Part shown: piece by piece, positions 6,806 through 14,953 of the stretch
Numbering within the stretch: position 1 is the stretch's first letter
How the letters are laid out: every line of letters begins with the position of its first letter
Virus record (IMG/VR): IMGVR_UViG_2534682108_000010
Span: 1-18,141 of that record
DNA from: a virus
Taxonomy: Duplodnaviria > Heunggongvirae > Uroviricota > Caudoviricetes
DNA: 18,141 nt
Reading direction: 5' to 3' (one strand)
Notes under the pieces: generated by a model
What the model was told of the DNA's origin: nothing
Seen by the model: the letters and a program-made list of their open reading frames with translations, nothing else
Databases searched by the model: none
Translations under genes and position numbers: made by a program

Positions 6806-8308
6806 ATGACTCAAACTCCTCTATTACTTGCAATCATATTTTTATTGGTTGTTCTTGTTCTTTATATAGCTGCAATCAAACGCATCAAAAAAATACAATT
6901 AGAATTAAGTGATAGCAATCAAAAAAATGAAGAATACAAATCTCGCTTTGCAGATTATTTTAATGTAGAAGAAGAATGTAAGAAGCTTATTGAGAAAACA
7001 GAGCAAGAATGCTCCATAATAAAAGAAGAATCCCTAAAAGTAAAAGAAAATGCCAATAATGAACTAACAAACACCATTGAAAAAATGGATGGTATCAATA
7101 AACAAATCCAAGAGCTAAGAAGAACTTATAAAGAGAAGAAAGAAATATATGATAAACTAGTAAGGCAAATTTCTATTTATTCAGAAGATGTTGAGCTAGC
7201 CGAACTAGGATTTTACGAACCTCATTTTAATTTTGAAGATTCAGAGCAATTTAAAAACAAAATAAAATCCATCAGGGATGAACAGAAATTAATGCTGCGG
7301 GATAAAACCCACTCTGGCGCAGTATATTGTACAACCCAATGGACTGTTGAAGGCTCTCGAGCAGAGGGTAAAAAAATGACAGACAGAAATATCAGGCTAA
7401 CTACTAGAGCATTTAATAATGAATGTGATGCTGCAATTAGCAATTGCACGTGGAAAAACATCACTAAAATGGAAGAACGCATCACAAAGGCATTTGAGGC
7501 CATAAATAAACTAAACGAGCAAAATCACATATATATAAACACTAAATACCTCAATAAAAAACTTGAGGAATTGTGGCTTACCCATGAATATCGTGAGCAA
7601 AAACAGAAAGAAAAAGAAGAACAGGCAGAAATAAGGGCACAAATGAGAGAGGAGGAGCGTGCACAACGAGAAATAGAAAAGGCCATGCAAGACGCAGAGG
7701 CAGAAGAGCGCCGTTATAAAAAAGCAATTGAAGCTGCAAGAAAGGAAATGGAAAAAGTTACTGGTGACATGAAGCAGCGCCTCGAAAATCGCATTGCCGA
7801 ACTAGAACAGAGTTTGTCGCAGGCTGAATCAAAGCATCAAAGAGCATTATCCATGGCACAACAAACCAAACAAGGTCATGTTTATATTATTTCGAACATA
7901 GGTTCTTTTGGGGAGAATGTTTATAAAATAGGCATGACACGACGTCTTGATCCGCAAGACCGTGTAAATGAGCTCGGTGATGCATCTGTTCCTTTTATTT
8001 TTGATGTACATGCCATGATTTATTCGGAGGACGCTCCATCATTAGAAAAAAAACTACATGATGTCTTCGATAAAAAGAGAGTCAATCTTGTAAATCGTAG
8101 AAAAGAGTTTTTCTATGTTACTCTGGATGAGATCAAAGAAGCTGTTAAAAAACACTCTGATTCAGAAATTGAATTTATTGAGACAGCAGTCGCAAAAGAC
8201 TTTAATGAGTCATTGGCTATTCGTAATCATGAAAATAAAAAAAGTGACAACAGCAACTCATCAATTATACCTGAGCGAAAAATCCCAGAGTTTGCAGATG
8301 CAATTTAA
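6806..8308 (+). CDS. Membrane-anchored coiled-coil protein with C-terminal T5orf172 (GIY-YIG-like) domain, DUF4041-type architecture; candidate accessory/defence gene
   Basis: 500-aa ORF, ATG with AAGGA RBS; N-terminal hydrophobic helix LLLAIIFLLVVLVLYIAAI; long K/E-rich predicted coiled-coil; C-terminal GHVYIISNIGSFGENVYKIGMTRRLDPQDRVNELGDASVPFIFDVHAMIYSEDAPSLEKKLHDVFDKKRVN...EFFYV, recalled as the T5orf172 pattern; visibly AT-rich; opposite strand to all neighbouring genes. Confidence 0.8.
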   Translation: MTQTPLLLAIIFLLVVLVLYIAAIKRIKKIQLELSDSNQKNEEYKSRFADYFNVEEECKKLIEKTEQECSIIKEESLKVKENANNELTNTIEKMDGINKQIQELRRTYKEKKEIYDKLVRQISIYSEDVELAELGFYEPHFNFEDSEQFKNKIKSIRDEQKLMLRDKTHSGAVYCTTQWTVEGSRAEGKKMTDRNIRLTTRAFNNECDAAISNCTWKNITKMEERITKAFEAINKLNEQNHIYINTKYLNKKLEELWLTHEYREQKQKEKEEQAEIRAQMREEERAQREIEKAMQDAEAEERRYKKAIEAARKEMEKVTGDMKQRLENRIAELEQSLSQAESKHQRALSMAQQTKQGHVYIISNIGSFGENVYKIGMTRRLDPQDRVNELGDASVPFIFDVHAMIYSEDAPSLEKKLHDVFDKKRVNLVNRRKEFFYVTLDEIKEAVKKHSDSEIEFIETAVAKDFNESLAIRNHENKKSDNSNSSIIPERKIPEFADAI

Positions 8309-8556
8309 TTAATTTGTAGTAGCAATAAAGCAGGCATCGTTGAGAATATTTTGTCAGCGATGCTTACTTCTCTAACAAAAACGGTGATTACCAACGAACT
8401 AACGGACTTCAGGTAATCATAAGACAAATGGAACGACTCTCCGGTGATTAGATCCCTGCAATAACAGTAATTTTCTACTAACTGAAAAATCTTTAACTGC
8501 CGCTCCTATTTCTAAGCTGACTGCTAGATTACATGGTGTGTTACCGATGAAAACCG

Positions 8557-8859
8557 TCACAGCAAGTTTAAGTTCATATCTCCATACACTGCCAACACTC
8601 GTTTCATCGCGGCACTCTGGCGACACTCCTTGAAAATCAGATTCGTGCTCACCTTTCCTTCCCGTTCTTCCCTGGTAGCGAAGCGGTAATACACCGTTCG
8701 CCAGACCTTACCATCAATGACTAAGATTCCTGCCCGTGCCATTTTAGCCGCAGCCTGATTTATACTGGTTACTGTTGCGCCTGTTACCGCAGCAACGTCC
8801 TGCGCACAGAAGCTCTTATGCGTCCCCAGGTAATGAATAATTGCCTCTTTGCCCGTCAT
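8557..8859 (-). CDS. ren: Ren-like protein
   Basis: Translation MTGKEAIIHYLGTHKSFCAQDVAAVTGATVTSINQAAAKMARAGILVIDGKVWRTVYYRFATREEREGK... recognised as lambda Ren; ATG overlaps the P stop. Confidence 0.8.
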   Translation of the reverse strand: MTGKEAIIHYLGTHKSFCAQDVAAVTGATVTSINQAAAKMARAGILVIDGKVWRTVYYRFATREEREGKVSTNLIFKECRQSAAMKRVLAVYGDMNLNLL

Positions 8860-9557
8860 ACAGTTGCTCCTTTCAGTCCGAACTTCGCTTTGATTTCTGC
8901 GATCTTCGCCAGAGCCTGTGCACGATTTAGAGGTCTACCGCCCATGACAGGAAGTTGTTTTACTGGTTCAGGTATAGCCTCACCACGGTTAATTCGTGCG
9001 GTCATACAGGACAGTTCATCGGCAGCCTTGCGCCGTAATTCCGCGTCAGTCAACGCATTGGTCCGCATGTTCTGGTACAGGTTGGTAACCAACCAGTAGT
9101 GCGCGTTTGATTTCCACGGATAAGACTCTGCGTCCGGATACAGGCCACGCTTCCGGCAATACTCGTAAACCATATCAACCAGCTCGCTGGCGTTTGGCAG
9201 CCCGGCGGTAACGGATGCTTCTTCCCGGCACCAGGCAACAAACTGCCCGGGTGATGGCAGGAATGGTCGATTCTGCCGACGGGCTACGCGCATTCCTGCG
9301 TTAACCTGTTCCATTGTGGTGATCCCGTTTTCCCGGAAAGCCAGAACCCACTGGCGGCGGATTTCGTTCAGTTCGTTCTGATCCCGGTTAGCCAGGCTCG
9401 CAGGGAAAGTTGCCAGTAACTGGCTGAACACACCGTTGATGATCTGCGCTACCTGCTGTACCTGCGGCTTTTCGTCGTACTGTTCCGGCATATTGTTGGC
9501 GATCCGGCGCATCTGCTCACGGTCAAAGTTAATCATCTGTGCGGCGATGTTTTTCAT
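8856..9557 (-). CDS. P: Replication protein P (DnaB helicase loader)
   Basis: 233-aa translation MKNIAAQMINFDREQMRRIANNMPEQYDEKPQVQQVAQIINGVFSQLLATF... essentially identical to lambda P as I recall it. Confidence 0.95.
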   Translation of the reverse strand: MKNIAAQMINFDREQMRRIANNMPEQYDEKPQVQQVAQIINGVFSQLLATFPASLANRDQNELNEIRRQWVLAFRENGITTMEQVNAGMRVARRQNRPFLPSPGQFVAWCREEASVTAGLPNASELVDMVYEYCRKRGLYPDAESYPWKSNAHYWLVTNLYQNMRTNALTDAELRRKAADELSCMTARINRGEAIPEPVKQLPVMGGRPLNRAQALAKIAEIKAKFGLKGATV

Positions 9558-10483
9558 AGATCCACCCCGTAAATCCAGTCTGTGTTTGTCAGGTCGAGTT
9601 TTGGTTTTCCGGCTGTCACGCCAGCCTGTTGTTTGTTACGGTTGATTTCGAGTTGGGTCCACTTGTCGCGAAGTTTGGCCGGGCTCAGCACGTTACCAGA
9701 CCAAAAGTTGTCCTGGCATGCCCAGCGGAACAGCATGCACATGTCGCGGTGGTTACGTCCGTCACGTTCACGCATCAGGCGGATATCGTTAGCCCACCCT
9801 GCAAAATTCGGTTTTCTGGCTGATGGCGCGATGGTCTTCACCATGTCAAACATCCACTCTGCGGCGGTCAGGTCTTCTGCTGTCCCCCACCTGCTGCCGC
9901 TCTGAATTGCAGCATCTGGTTTCTCCACAGGAAGATCGTTTTCTGGTTGGTCAGAGGATTCGCCAGAATTCTCGGACGAAAAAGGTTTTATATTGTCTTT
10001 TGTTAGTTTGTCTTTTGTGTTTACCTGATTCGGGTAAACGCCTTTACCTGATTTGGGTAAACTTTTCTTACCTGATTCAGGTAAATTTACCTCTTTCAGG
10101 TAAACTTTATTTTTCTTACCTGATTCGGGTAATGTTGACCATTCACTGACCAAATTATTAATGCCGATATTCCGCCCGCTCTGAATAAGAATCCCACGCT
10201 TTACCAGAACGCTTTTTGCAGCAGAACACTTGTGCGGCAATATCCCGGTCAATTCGGAAAGTTGCTCGTTGCTCACCCAATCCAGTTTTTTATTAAAGCC
10301 ATATGTTTTGCGCATGACAGCCAGGAAGACCAGAAGCTGGTGCTGTGTTAATCCGGCCAGCATCACAGCTTCCAGCAACTCATTTGCAATGCGCGTATAA
10401 CCATCATCGAGATCTGCCACGCGCGGCTCCTTTTGTGCCACATCCGGCACTGGAAAATTGAATATCTCAGCAGTGTTTGCCAT
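9554..10483 (-). CDS. O: Replication initiator O
   Basis: From ATG 10481-10483 (GGGAGG RBS): MANTAEIFNFPVPDVAQKEPRVADLDDGYTRIANELLEA... resembles the lambda O N-terminus; the iteron array lies inside the ORF; the in-frame extension to 10573 in the ORF track is probably not used. Confidence 0.85.
   Translation of the reverse strand: MANTAEIFNFPVPDVAQKEPRVADLDDGYTRIANELLEAVMLAGLTQHQLLVFLAVMRKTYGFNKKLDWVSNEQLSELTGILPHKCSAAKSVLVKRGILIQSGRNIGINNLVSEWSTLPESGKKNKVYLKEVNLPESGKKSLPKSGKGVYPNQVNTKDKLTKDNIKPFSSENSGESSDQPENDLPVEKPDAAIQSGSRWGTAEDLTAAEWMFDMVKTIAPSARKPNFAGWANDIRLMRERDGRNHRDMCMLFRWACQDNFWSGNVLSPAKLRDKWTQLEINRNKQQAGVTAGKPKLDLTNTDWIYGVDL
10021..10133. repeat. Replication origin: five 18-19-bp iterons plus adjacent AT-rich segment (9961-10020)
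   Basis: Repeats ttacctgattcgggtaaa / ttacctgatttgggtaaa / ttacctgattcaggtaaat / ttacctctttcaggtaaac / ttacctgattcgggtaat inside the O gene, followed in O-sense by an AT-rich stretch; this matches lambda-type ori organisation. Confidence 0.85.
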
Positions 10484-10569
10484 AATTCCTCCCGCAATGA
10501 GTGTGTTACGATTTGCACCTGAAAGTCGGTTCTGTTCGCGCAGACCGGCTTTCGCCATTTCTGAACCTG

Positions 10570-11115
10570 TCATATTGCCCCCAGCATGGTGGTGACCATC
10601 GCCATCAGTGGACCAGCCAAATCCGGGTCCACACGAAACATCGACACAATGCCTTCACTCATCTCCTTCAGTTTCTGGTGGCGTGGTGCGTTGAGAATGA
10701 CAGCCTGTTTTGCCTCACTGAGTTCCTTTTCCATTTCAGCCAGCCGAGCCATGAAGCTATCCTGCTCAACCAGGTGGCCGCGATATTTCAGCGGTAGTAC
10801 TGCCAGAATTGCTGGAGTCAGTTCACGCACGTTATTTCGGTATTTTTCAGAATCGAATTTGTTATCGAGAAAGCGGAACAGCTTCTGGCGTGCACGACTG
10901 ACATCATCAGAAAAATCGATAGTGCCGCCGCCCTGTGCTCGATACTCATTCACAATGAGTGCGGCAACGACATCCTGATTATCTACAGCCGACCAGGCGC
11001 GGATGGCATCACGGATTTTTTCGTGGCCTGGCACCTGTTTTATTTGAGAACGATTTATCACCGCAGTCGGGATAAATCCGCTAGTCTGTTGGTATGTAAG
11101 TGGTTGCATAGTCAT
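10570..11115 (-). CDS. YdaT / CII-like early regulatory protein (Phage_CP76-type)
   Basis: 181-aa ORF between the Cro-like gene and O (the cII position); assignment from position and size, with weak recollection of YdaT-type proteins. Confidence 0.55.
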   Translation of the reverse strand: MTMQPLTYQQTSGFIPTAVINRSQIKQVPGHEKIRDAIRAWSAVDNQDVVAALIVNEYRAQGGGTIDFSDDVSRARQKLFRFLDNKFDSEKYRNNVRELTPAILAVLPLKYRGHLVEQDSFMARLAEMEKELSEAKQAVILNAPRHQKLKEMSEGIVSMFRVDPDLAGPLMAMVTTMLGAI

Positions 11116-11139
11116 TGCCTTATCAGTTAACGCCGCAGT

Positions 11140-11367
11140 TTAGGCGGCAGAATTACTCGCGTTAAACAATGGTGCGAGGTCGGGACGAATATCTGCTGGT
11201 TTAATCTTTCCACCAGTGGCTGAGACAATTTTCATTACATAGCGGGCATCAATTCCGCCACCGTGTAGCCAACGCCAAACAGTGGGTTGGGCTACACCGC
11301 ATAGATCTGCCAGTCGTTTTTGACTACCTGTAATACTGATTGCGAGTTGAATGGTTTGATTTGTCAT
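11140..11367 (-). CDS. Cro-like HTH regulator (YdaS-type)
   Basis: Small ORF MTNQTIQLAISITGSQKRLADLCGVAQPTVWRWLHGG... with HTH; divergent from the CI-like repressor; ATG 11365-11367 with AGGA RBS. Confidence 0.7.
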   Translation of the reverse strand: MTNQTIQLAISITGSQKRLADLCGVAQPTVWRWLHGGGIDARYVMKIVSATGGKIKPADIRPDLAPLFNASNSAA

Positions 11368-11477
11368 TATCAATTCCTATTGGTATTGCAATGAATGAAT
11401 AATAGCAATGCGTATTAATCCAAGCAATAGCAAAACGTGTTTTGACCATCAATACGCAAGCGTATAAATTAAAACTT
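11368..11477. promoter_or_regulatory. Immunity control region (OR-like): divergent promoters and operator repeats
   Basis: Minus-strand promoter TTGCTT-17 bp-TATTAT (-10 at 11399-11404, rc) for the Cro-like gene; plus-strand TTGACC (11442-11447)-15 bp-TATAAA (11463-11468) just upstream of the repressor ATG (11478), so the leader is very short; repeated AATAGCAAT/TATTGC motifs and a 14-bp palindrome ATACGCAAGCGTAT. Confidence 0.6.
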
Positions 11478-12170
11478 ATGAAAAAAGAAACTCTTGCTGA
11501 TCGCTTAAACCTAGCGATGGAACAATCTGGAATGTCTCAAGGCGCTCTTGCAAAGGCGTCTGGCGTAGCTCAACCCACAATCTGGAGACTGACAAGCGGC
11601 AACGCGCGCGGCTCAACAAAAATTGTTGAAATAGCTAATGCATTGGGTGTTCGAACAGAATGGCTCTCATCAGGCATAGGCCCGATGAGAAATGACGGTC
11701 AACAATCAGGGAAGCCTGCTGTCAGCCATTCCAAATACTTCAAAATTGACGTTCTTGATATAGAAGTCAGTGCCGGGCCGGGTGTAATCAACCGTGAGTT
11801 TGTAGAAGTTCTACGCTCGGTTGAGTACTCGTTTGACGATGCTCGTCACATGTTCGATGGCAGGAAGGCGGAAAATATCCGCATCATTAACGTGCGTGGT
11901 GACAGCATGTCAGGAACGATCGAACCAGGTGATCTGCTGTTCGTTGATATCACGGTTAAATCTTTCGACGGTGATGGTATCTATGCGTTTCTGTACGACG
12001 ACACAGCCCATGTAAAGCGTCTGCAAATGATGAAGGATAAGCTGCTGGTTATCTCTGATAACAAGAGCTACTCACCGTGGGACCCGATCGAGAAAGACGA
12101 GATGAACCGGGTGTTCATCTTCGGTAAGGTTATTGGGAGCATGCCGCAGACGTATAGGAAGCATGGGTAG
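11478..12170 (+). CDS. CI-like repressor (HTH plus S24 LexA-like autopeptidase domain)
   Basis: From ATG 11478: MKKETLADRLNLAMEQSGMSQGALAKASGVAQPTIWRL... (HTH); C-terminal VRGDSMSGTIEPGD and HVKRL recalled as the S24 Ser/Lys pattern; the ORF-track start at 11442 is a TTG. Confidence 0.85.
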   Translation: MKKETLADRLNLAMEQSGMSQGALAKASGVAQPTIWRLTSGNARGSTKIVEIANALGVRTEWLSSGIGPMRNDGQQSGKPAVSHSKYFKIDVLDIEVSAGPGVINREFVEVLRSVEYSFDDARHMFDGRKAENIRIINVRGDSMSGTIEPGDLLFVDITVKSFDGDGIYAFLYDDTAHVKRLQMMKDKLLVISDNKSYSPWDPIEKDEMNRVFIFGKVIGSMPQTYRKHG

Positions 12171-12216
12171 CGGATTAGCTAATCATTATGATGTTGTTCA
12201 AATTTAAGAGGTCCGC

Positions 12217-13065
12217 ATGTCTTCGATTTGGGGAAAAAAGTTGATGACGAAAGAACAAGAGTCAAACACTGATGAAGTGAAACCAGAGCAAGGAAGTTTG
12301 TTTGAATTAGAATTTCATGAATATACACCTTCAAGCTTAGGCACAGCACACCTTTCTGGTTTCGCTATTGCCACTGATGAAATGGAATATGCAGTTAAAA
12401 GCATGCGCTCCACCCCACCTTTTCCTGTACAAAACCCAACTCAAGTACCGGCAGCGGAATGGTTTTGCACAAATTTAGCTGAAAAATGCGGCATCGCTAC
12501 ACCTGTGTGCAAAATTCTCAAGTGTATTGCTAATGGGGAGTATGTTTTTGGCTCTCGCATAGAGTTTTCAGCCTGGAAATCTGGTCTCAATAGTCCTCAA
12601 TGGATAAATTTGCTCTCAAATGCTTCTGAATCCTTAAAGAAGCAACTCTGGGCAATTTATGCATTTGATCAGTTTGTATATAACATTGACAGACACCTCA
12701 ACAACTACTTATACATGGAAAACACCCGAGGCAATGTTATAGTTAAAACATTCGATTTTAGTCTAAGCTCTTTTGTTATAGGCTGGCCACGAAATACCCC
12801 TCATATACTACCAACAGACTCCAGTACAACAACAAACTGGACGATTGCTAAACAATTCATTGGCGACACTGATGATCTGAGAAAGTGCGCATTATCTGTC
12901 CTTGACAAAATTGAAAAAATTGGAGTTGAGGCTATATCTGATATACTTAACTCTATGCCTGAAGCATGGATGCCACCAATGCATAAGGAGTATTTTTTGA
13001 AGTGGTGGGACAGCGAGGAGCGAATCGATAGGCTAAATGCCATAAGACTGGAGATAACATCTTGA
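12217..13065 (+). CDS. Hypothetical protein with kinase-like catalytic-loop motif (HipA / PI3-PI4-kinase-like); candidate defence gene A
   Basis: 282-aa ORF 46 bp downstream of the repressor, AAGAGG RBS; motif NIDRHLNN followed 21 residues later by FDFS resembles the N-x-D-x-H-x-x-N ... D catalytic pattern of HipA-type kinases; AT-rich. Confidence 0.75.
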   Translation: MSSIWGKKLMTKEQESNTDEVKPEQGSLFELEFHEYTPSSLGTAHLSGFAIATDEMEYAVKSMRSTPPFPVQNPTQVPAAEWFCTNLAEKCGIATPVCKILKCIANGEYVFGSRIEFSAWKSGLNSPQWINLLSNASESLKKQLWAIYAFDQFVYNIDRHLNNYLYMENTRGNVIVKTFDFSLSSFVIGWPRNTPHILPTDSSTTTNWTIAKQFIGDTDDLRKCALSVLDKIEKIGVEAISDILNSMPEAWMPPMHKEYFLKWWDSEERIDRLNAIRLEITS

Positions 13066-13868
13066 AAACTTTCAAATACAGCTTAATCAGAGTTACACCG
13101 AACTTAGAGAAAGGTGAAACGATTAACGTTGGTTTGATCGTTTACCATGACTCTGACATAGACGTACGTATGCTCAATTCAGTTTCAAAACTTAAAGCGA
13201 TTGACAAAGATCTTACCTTAGATTACTTAGAGGATCTTTCGACCTCGCTTTTTGATTTGTCACAAAAAATCAACAATGCTGAACTTCTTCCTTGTCTTTT
13301 TAAGGGAGCATTATCGTTATCGTCATTTGGCATGTTCACTCTTCAAGCCAACGAAGATTACGAAGCTAAAGTTACTGATCTAATGAATCGGTTAGTAAAC
13401 CCACAAAAACAGCCACATAAACAGTTGAAAAAAAAGGTTTTTTCTGAATTAAAATCCACCTTTATACAACATGGAATTTTCAGTAAGTATTTTGAAGATC
13501 TTTCCCAACATAAAATCGTAGCTAATTATCCAATTAGTAATGAAGAAGGGTTAGTTGCAGATTTTTTGTTAAAAAATGGCAAATACCATCTTACAGAAAC
13601 ATTAGATTTTCGTTCTGAAAATATAAAAAAACAAATGGGTGAAGCTGCGATAAGTGTTTTAACAATTACTAAAGCCTACGAATTATACAATTCAAATATT
13701 GATTCATTTGTAATTTTTGCCGCTGAAACGACAGCACAAGAAAAGTCAGCAAAACAGCAGCTAAATCTACTGGAAAAACACGCTGATAATCTTATCAACG
13801 CATATAGCAAAGAAGACATGCGTTCATATTACGAAAAGATGCTGAATGCTGCCTCTATGTTACAGTAG
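13062..13868 (+). CDS. Hypothetical protein, partner of the kinase-like gene; candidate defence gene B
   Basis: 268-aa ORF whose TTG start overlaps the upstream stop (TTGA), GGAG RBS 8 nt upstream; N-terminus MKTFKYSLIRVTPNLEKGETINVGLIVYHD; followed by terminator 13896-13922; AT-rich. Confidence 0.75.
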   Translation: MKTFKYSLIRVTPNLEKGETINVGLIVYHDSDIDVRMLNSVSKLKAIDKDLTLDYLEDLSTSLFDLSQKINNAELLPCLFKGALSLSSFGMFTLQANEDYEAKVTDLMNRLVNPQKQPHKQLKKKVFSELKSTFIQHGIFSKYFEDLSQHKIVANYPISNEEGLVADFLLKNGKYHLTETLDFRSENIKKQMGEAAISVLTITKAYELYNSNIDSFVIFAAETTAQEKSAKQQLNLLEKHADNLINAYSKEDMRSYYEKMLNAASMLQ

Positions 13869-13895
13869 AAAAAACTGACTAATTTAATTAATAAC

Positions 13896-13922
13896 CCGGC
13901 CACCGTGCCGGGTTTTCTTTTG
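13896..13922 (+). terminator. Rho-independent terminator ending the repressor operon
   Basis: cccggc-caccgt-gccggg hairpin followed by TTTTCTTTT. Confidence 0.7.
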
Positions 13923-14039
13923 TCCCCTCCCCTCATCACACACCGCTCAAAAAACCACCACATCCCTGCTTCAGTTATCGCTATGCGATGCAAGTCACAA
14001 AATTAATTCTTTTTGCTATCAAACATTTAATATCAAAAC

Positions 14040-14095
14040 ACATCAGTCAATAGCAATAAGTATTGATATCACCAATAGCAATAGCTATTATCACC
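14040..14095 (+). promoter_or_regulatory. pL-like early-left promoter with operator repeats (OL-like)
   Basis: TTGATA (14060-14065)-17 bp-TATTAT (14083-14088) on the plus strand; AATAGCAAT motifs (as in the OR region) overlap the spacer, and TATCACC occurs twice. Confidence 0.6.
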
Positions 14096-14368
14096 ATATC
14101 GCAACAACACAACGATACGGCAACCACCTGATTCACCGTTGCGATGACCGCTTAGATCCGCAGTTTGAATTTCAGCAGGCTTCGGGGAGTGCGAGGGGTG
14201 AAACGGACGCGTGAACGTCGGTGTGACCAGCTGAAATTAACTCAACATTTCATACCTCAGTCGCTTCAACGAGGCGGCTTAGTTATGACAACCGGCGGCC
14301 ATCCACCGCCTGAATACGCGCAGAAGTCTCTATATGTTCAGCAGCCCAGCTTACGGGCAGGAGTTTTT

Positions 14369-14575
14369 ATGGTTCATCAACATTACGGAACACAGACCGT
14401 TAATCGCGGCGCGGTCATGCCAGGAATGCTGGTCAAACACAAAGATGGTACCTGGACTGCATCAGCTAATTTACGCGGACGGCTTTATCTGCATCGCGGC
14501 ATCGAGCGCACTTATACCCGTGATTTGCTCGTAGAAGTTTTTCTCGACGGACGCGGTAACGGCCTGAATCACTAA
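14369..14575 (+). CDS. Hypothetical early-left protein in the kil position (start uncertain; alternative ATG at 14285)
   Basis: ATG 14369 preceded by AGGAG with 5-nt spacer; ends just upstream of gam; no family recognised. Confidence 0.45.
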   Translation: MVHQHYGTQTVNRGAVMPGMLVKHKDGTWTASANLRGRLYLHRGIERTYTRDLLVEVFLDGRGNGLNH

Positions 14576-14651
14576 CCCCCCTTTCCTGTTTTCCTAATCA
14601 GCCTGGCATTTCGCGGGCGATATTTTCACAGCCATTTTCAGGAGTTCAGCC

Positions 14652-14948
14652 ATGAACGCTTATTACATTCAGGATCGTCTTAAGGCTCAGAGCTGGGCGC
14701 GTCACTACCAGCAGATCGCCCGTGAAGAGAAAGAGGCAGAACTGGCAGACGACATGGAAAAAGGTCTGCCCCAGCACCTGTTTGAATCACTCTGCATCGA
14801 TCATTTGCAACGTCACGGGGCCAGCAAAAAAGCCATTACCCGTGCGTTTGATGACGATGTTGAGTTTCAGGAGCGCATGGCAGAACACATCCGGTACATG
14901 GTTGAAACCATTGCTCACCACCAGGTTGATATTGATTCAGAGGTATAA
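14652..14948 (+). CDS. gam: Gam, short form (host RecBCD inhibitor)
   Basis: 98-aa translation [60 protein letters not shown]... matches the C-terminal 98 aa of lambda Gam; AGGAG RBS. Confidence 0.9.
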   Translation: MNAYYIQDRLKAQSWARHYQQIAREEKEAELADDMEKGLPQHLFESLCIDHLQRHGASKKAITRAFDDDVEFQERMAEHIRYMVETIAHHQVDIDSEV

Positions 14949-14953
14949 AACGG

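Noticed and set aside
7222-7503. Antisense ORF inside the 500-aa gene, and similar shadow ORFs (3293-3519, 3630-3942, 8818-9099, 9582-9905, 10586-10978, 14836-15391, 15102-15668, 16096-16407, 17382-17747)
   Set aside because: All lie antisense to or out of frame within genes identified by strong protein similarity; judged to be ORF-finder shadows.
8417-8626. 69-aa minus-strand ORF overlapping the 3' end of ren
   Set aside because: Alternative-start ORF overlapping a confidently identified gene in another frame, with no RBS; the 8309-8556 interval otherwise looks non-coding, with one weak inverted repeat at 8337-8367.
10021-10133. Regularly spaced 18-19-bp repeats that could superficially suggest a CRISPR array
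   Set aside because: The repeats are contiguous with almost no spacers, lie inside the O replication-initiator gene, are followed by an AT-rich segment, and there are no cas genes; this is a lambda-type ori iteron array.
10484-10573. In-frame N-terminal extension of O back to an ATG that overlaps the ydaT-like stop
   Set aside because: The internal ATG at 10483 has a strong GGGAGG RBS and the protein from there aligns with the lambda O N-terminus, so the extension is probably not translated, although it is not excluded.
14100-14368. Possible nut-like site or N-type antiterminator gene between the pL-like promoter and the first early-left ORF
   Set aside because: No boxA/boxB-like pair could be identified with confidence (only a weak cgcttag resemblance), and the candidate reading frames lack good starts; left unannotated.
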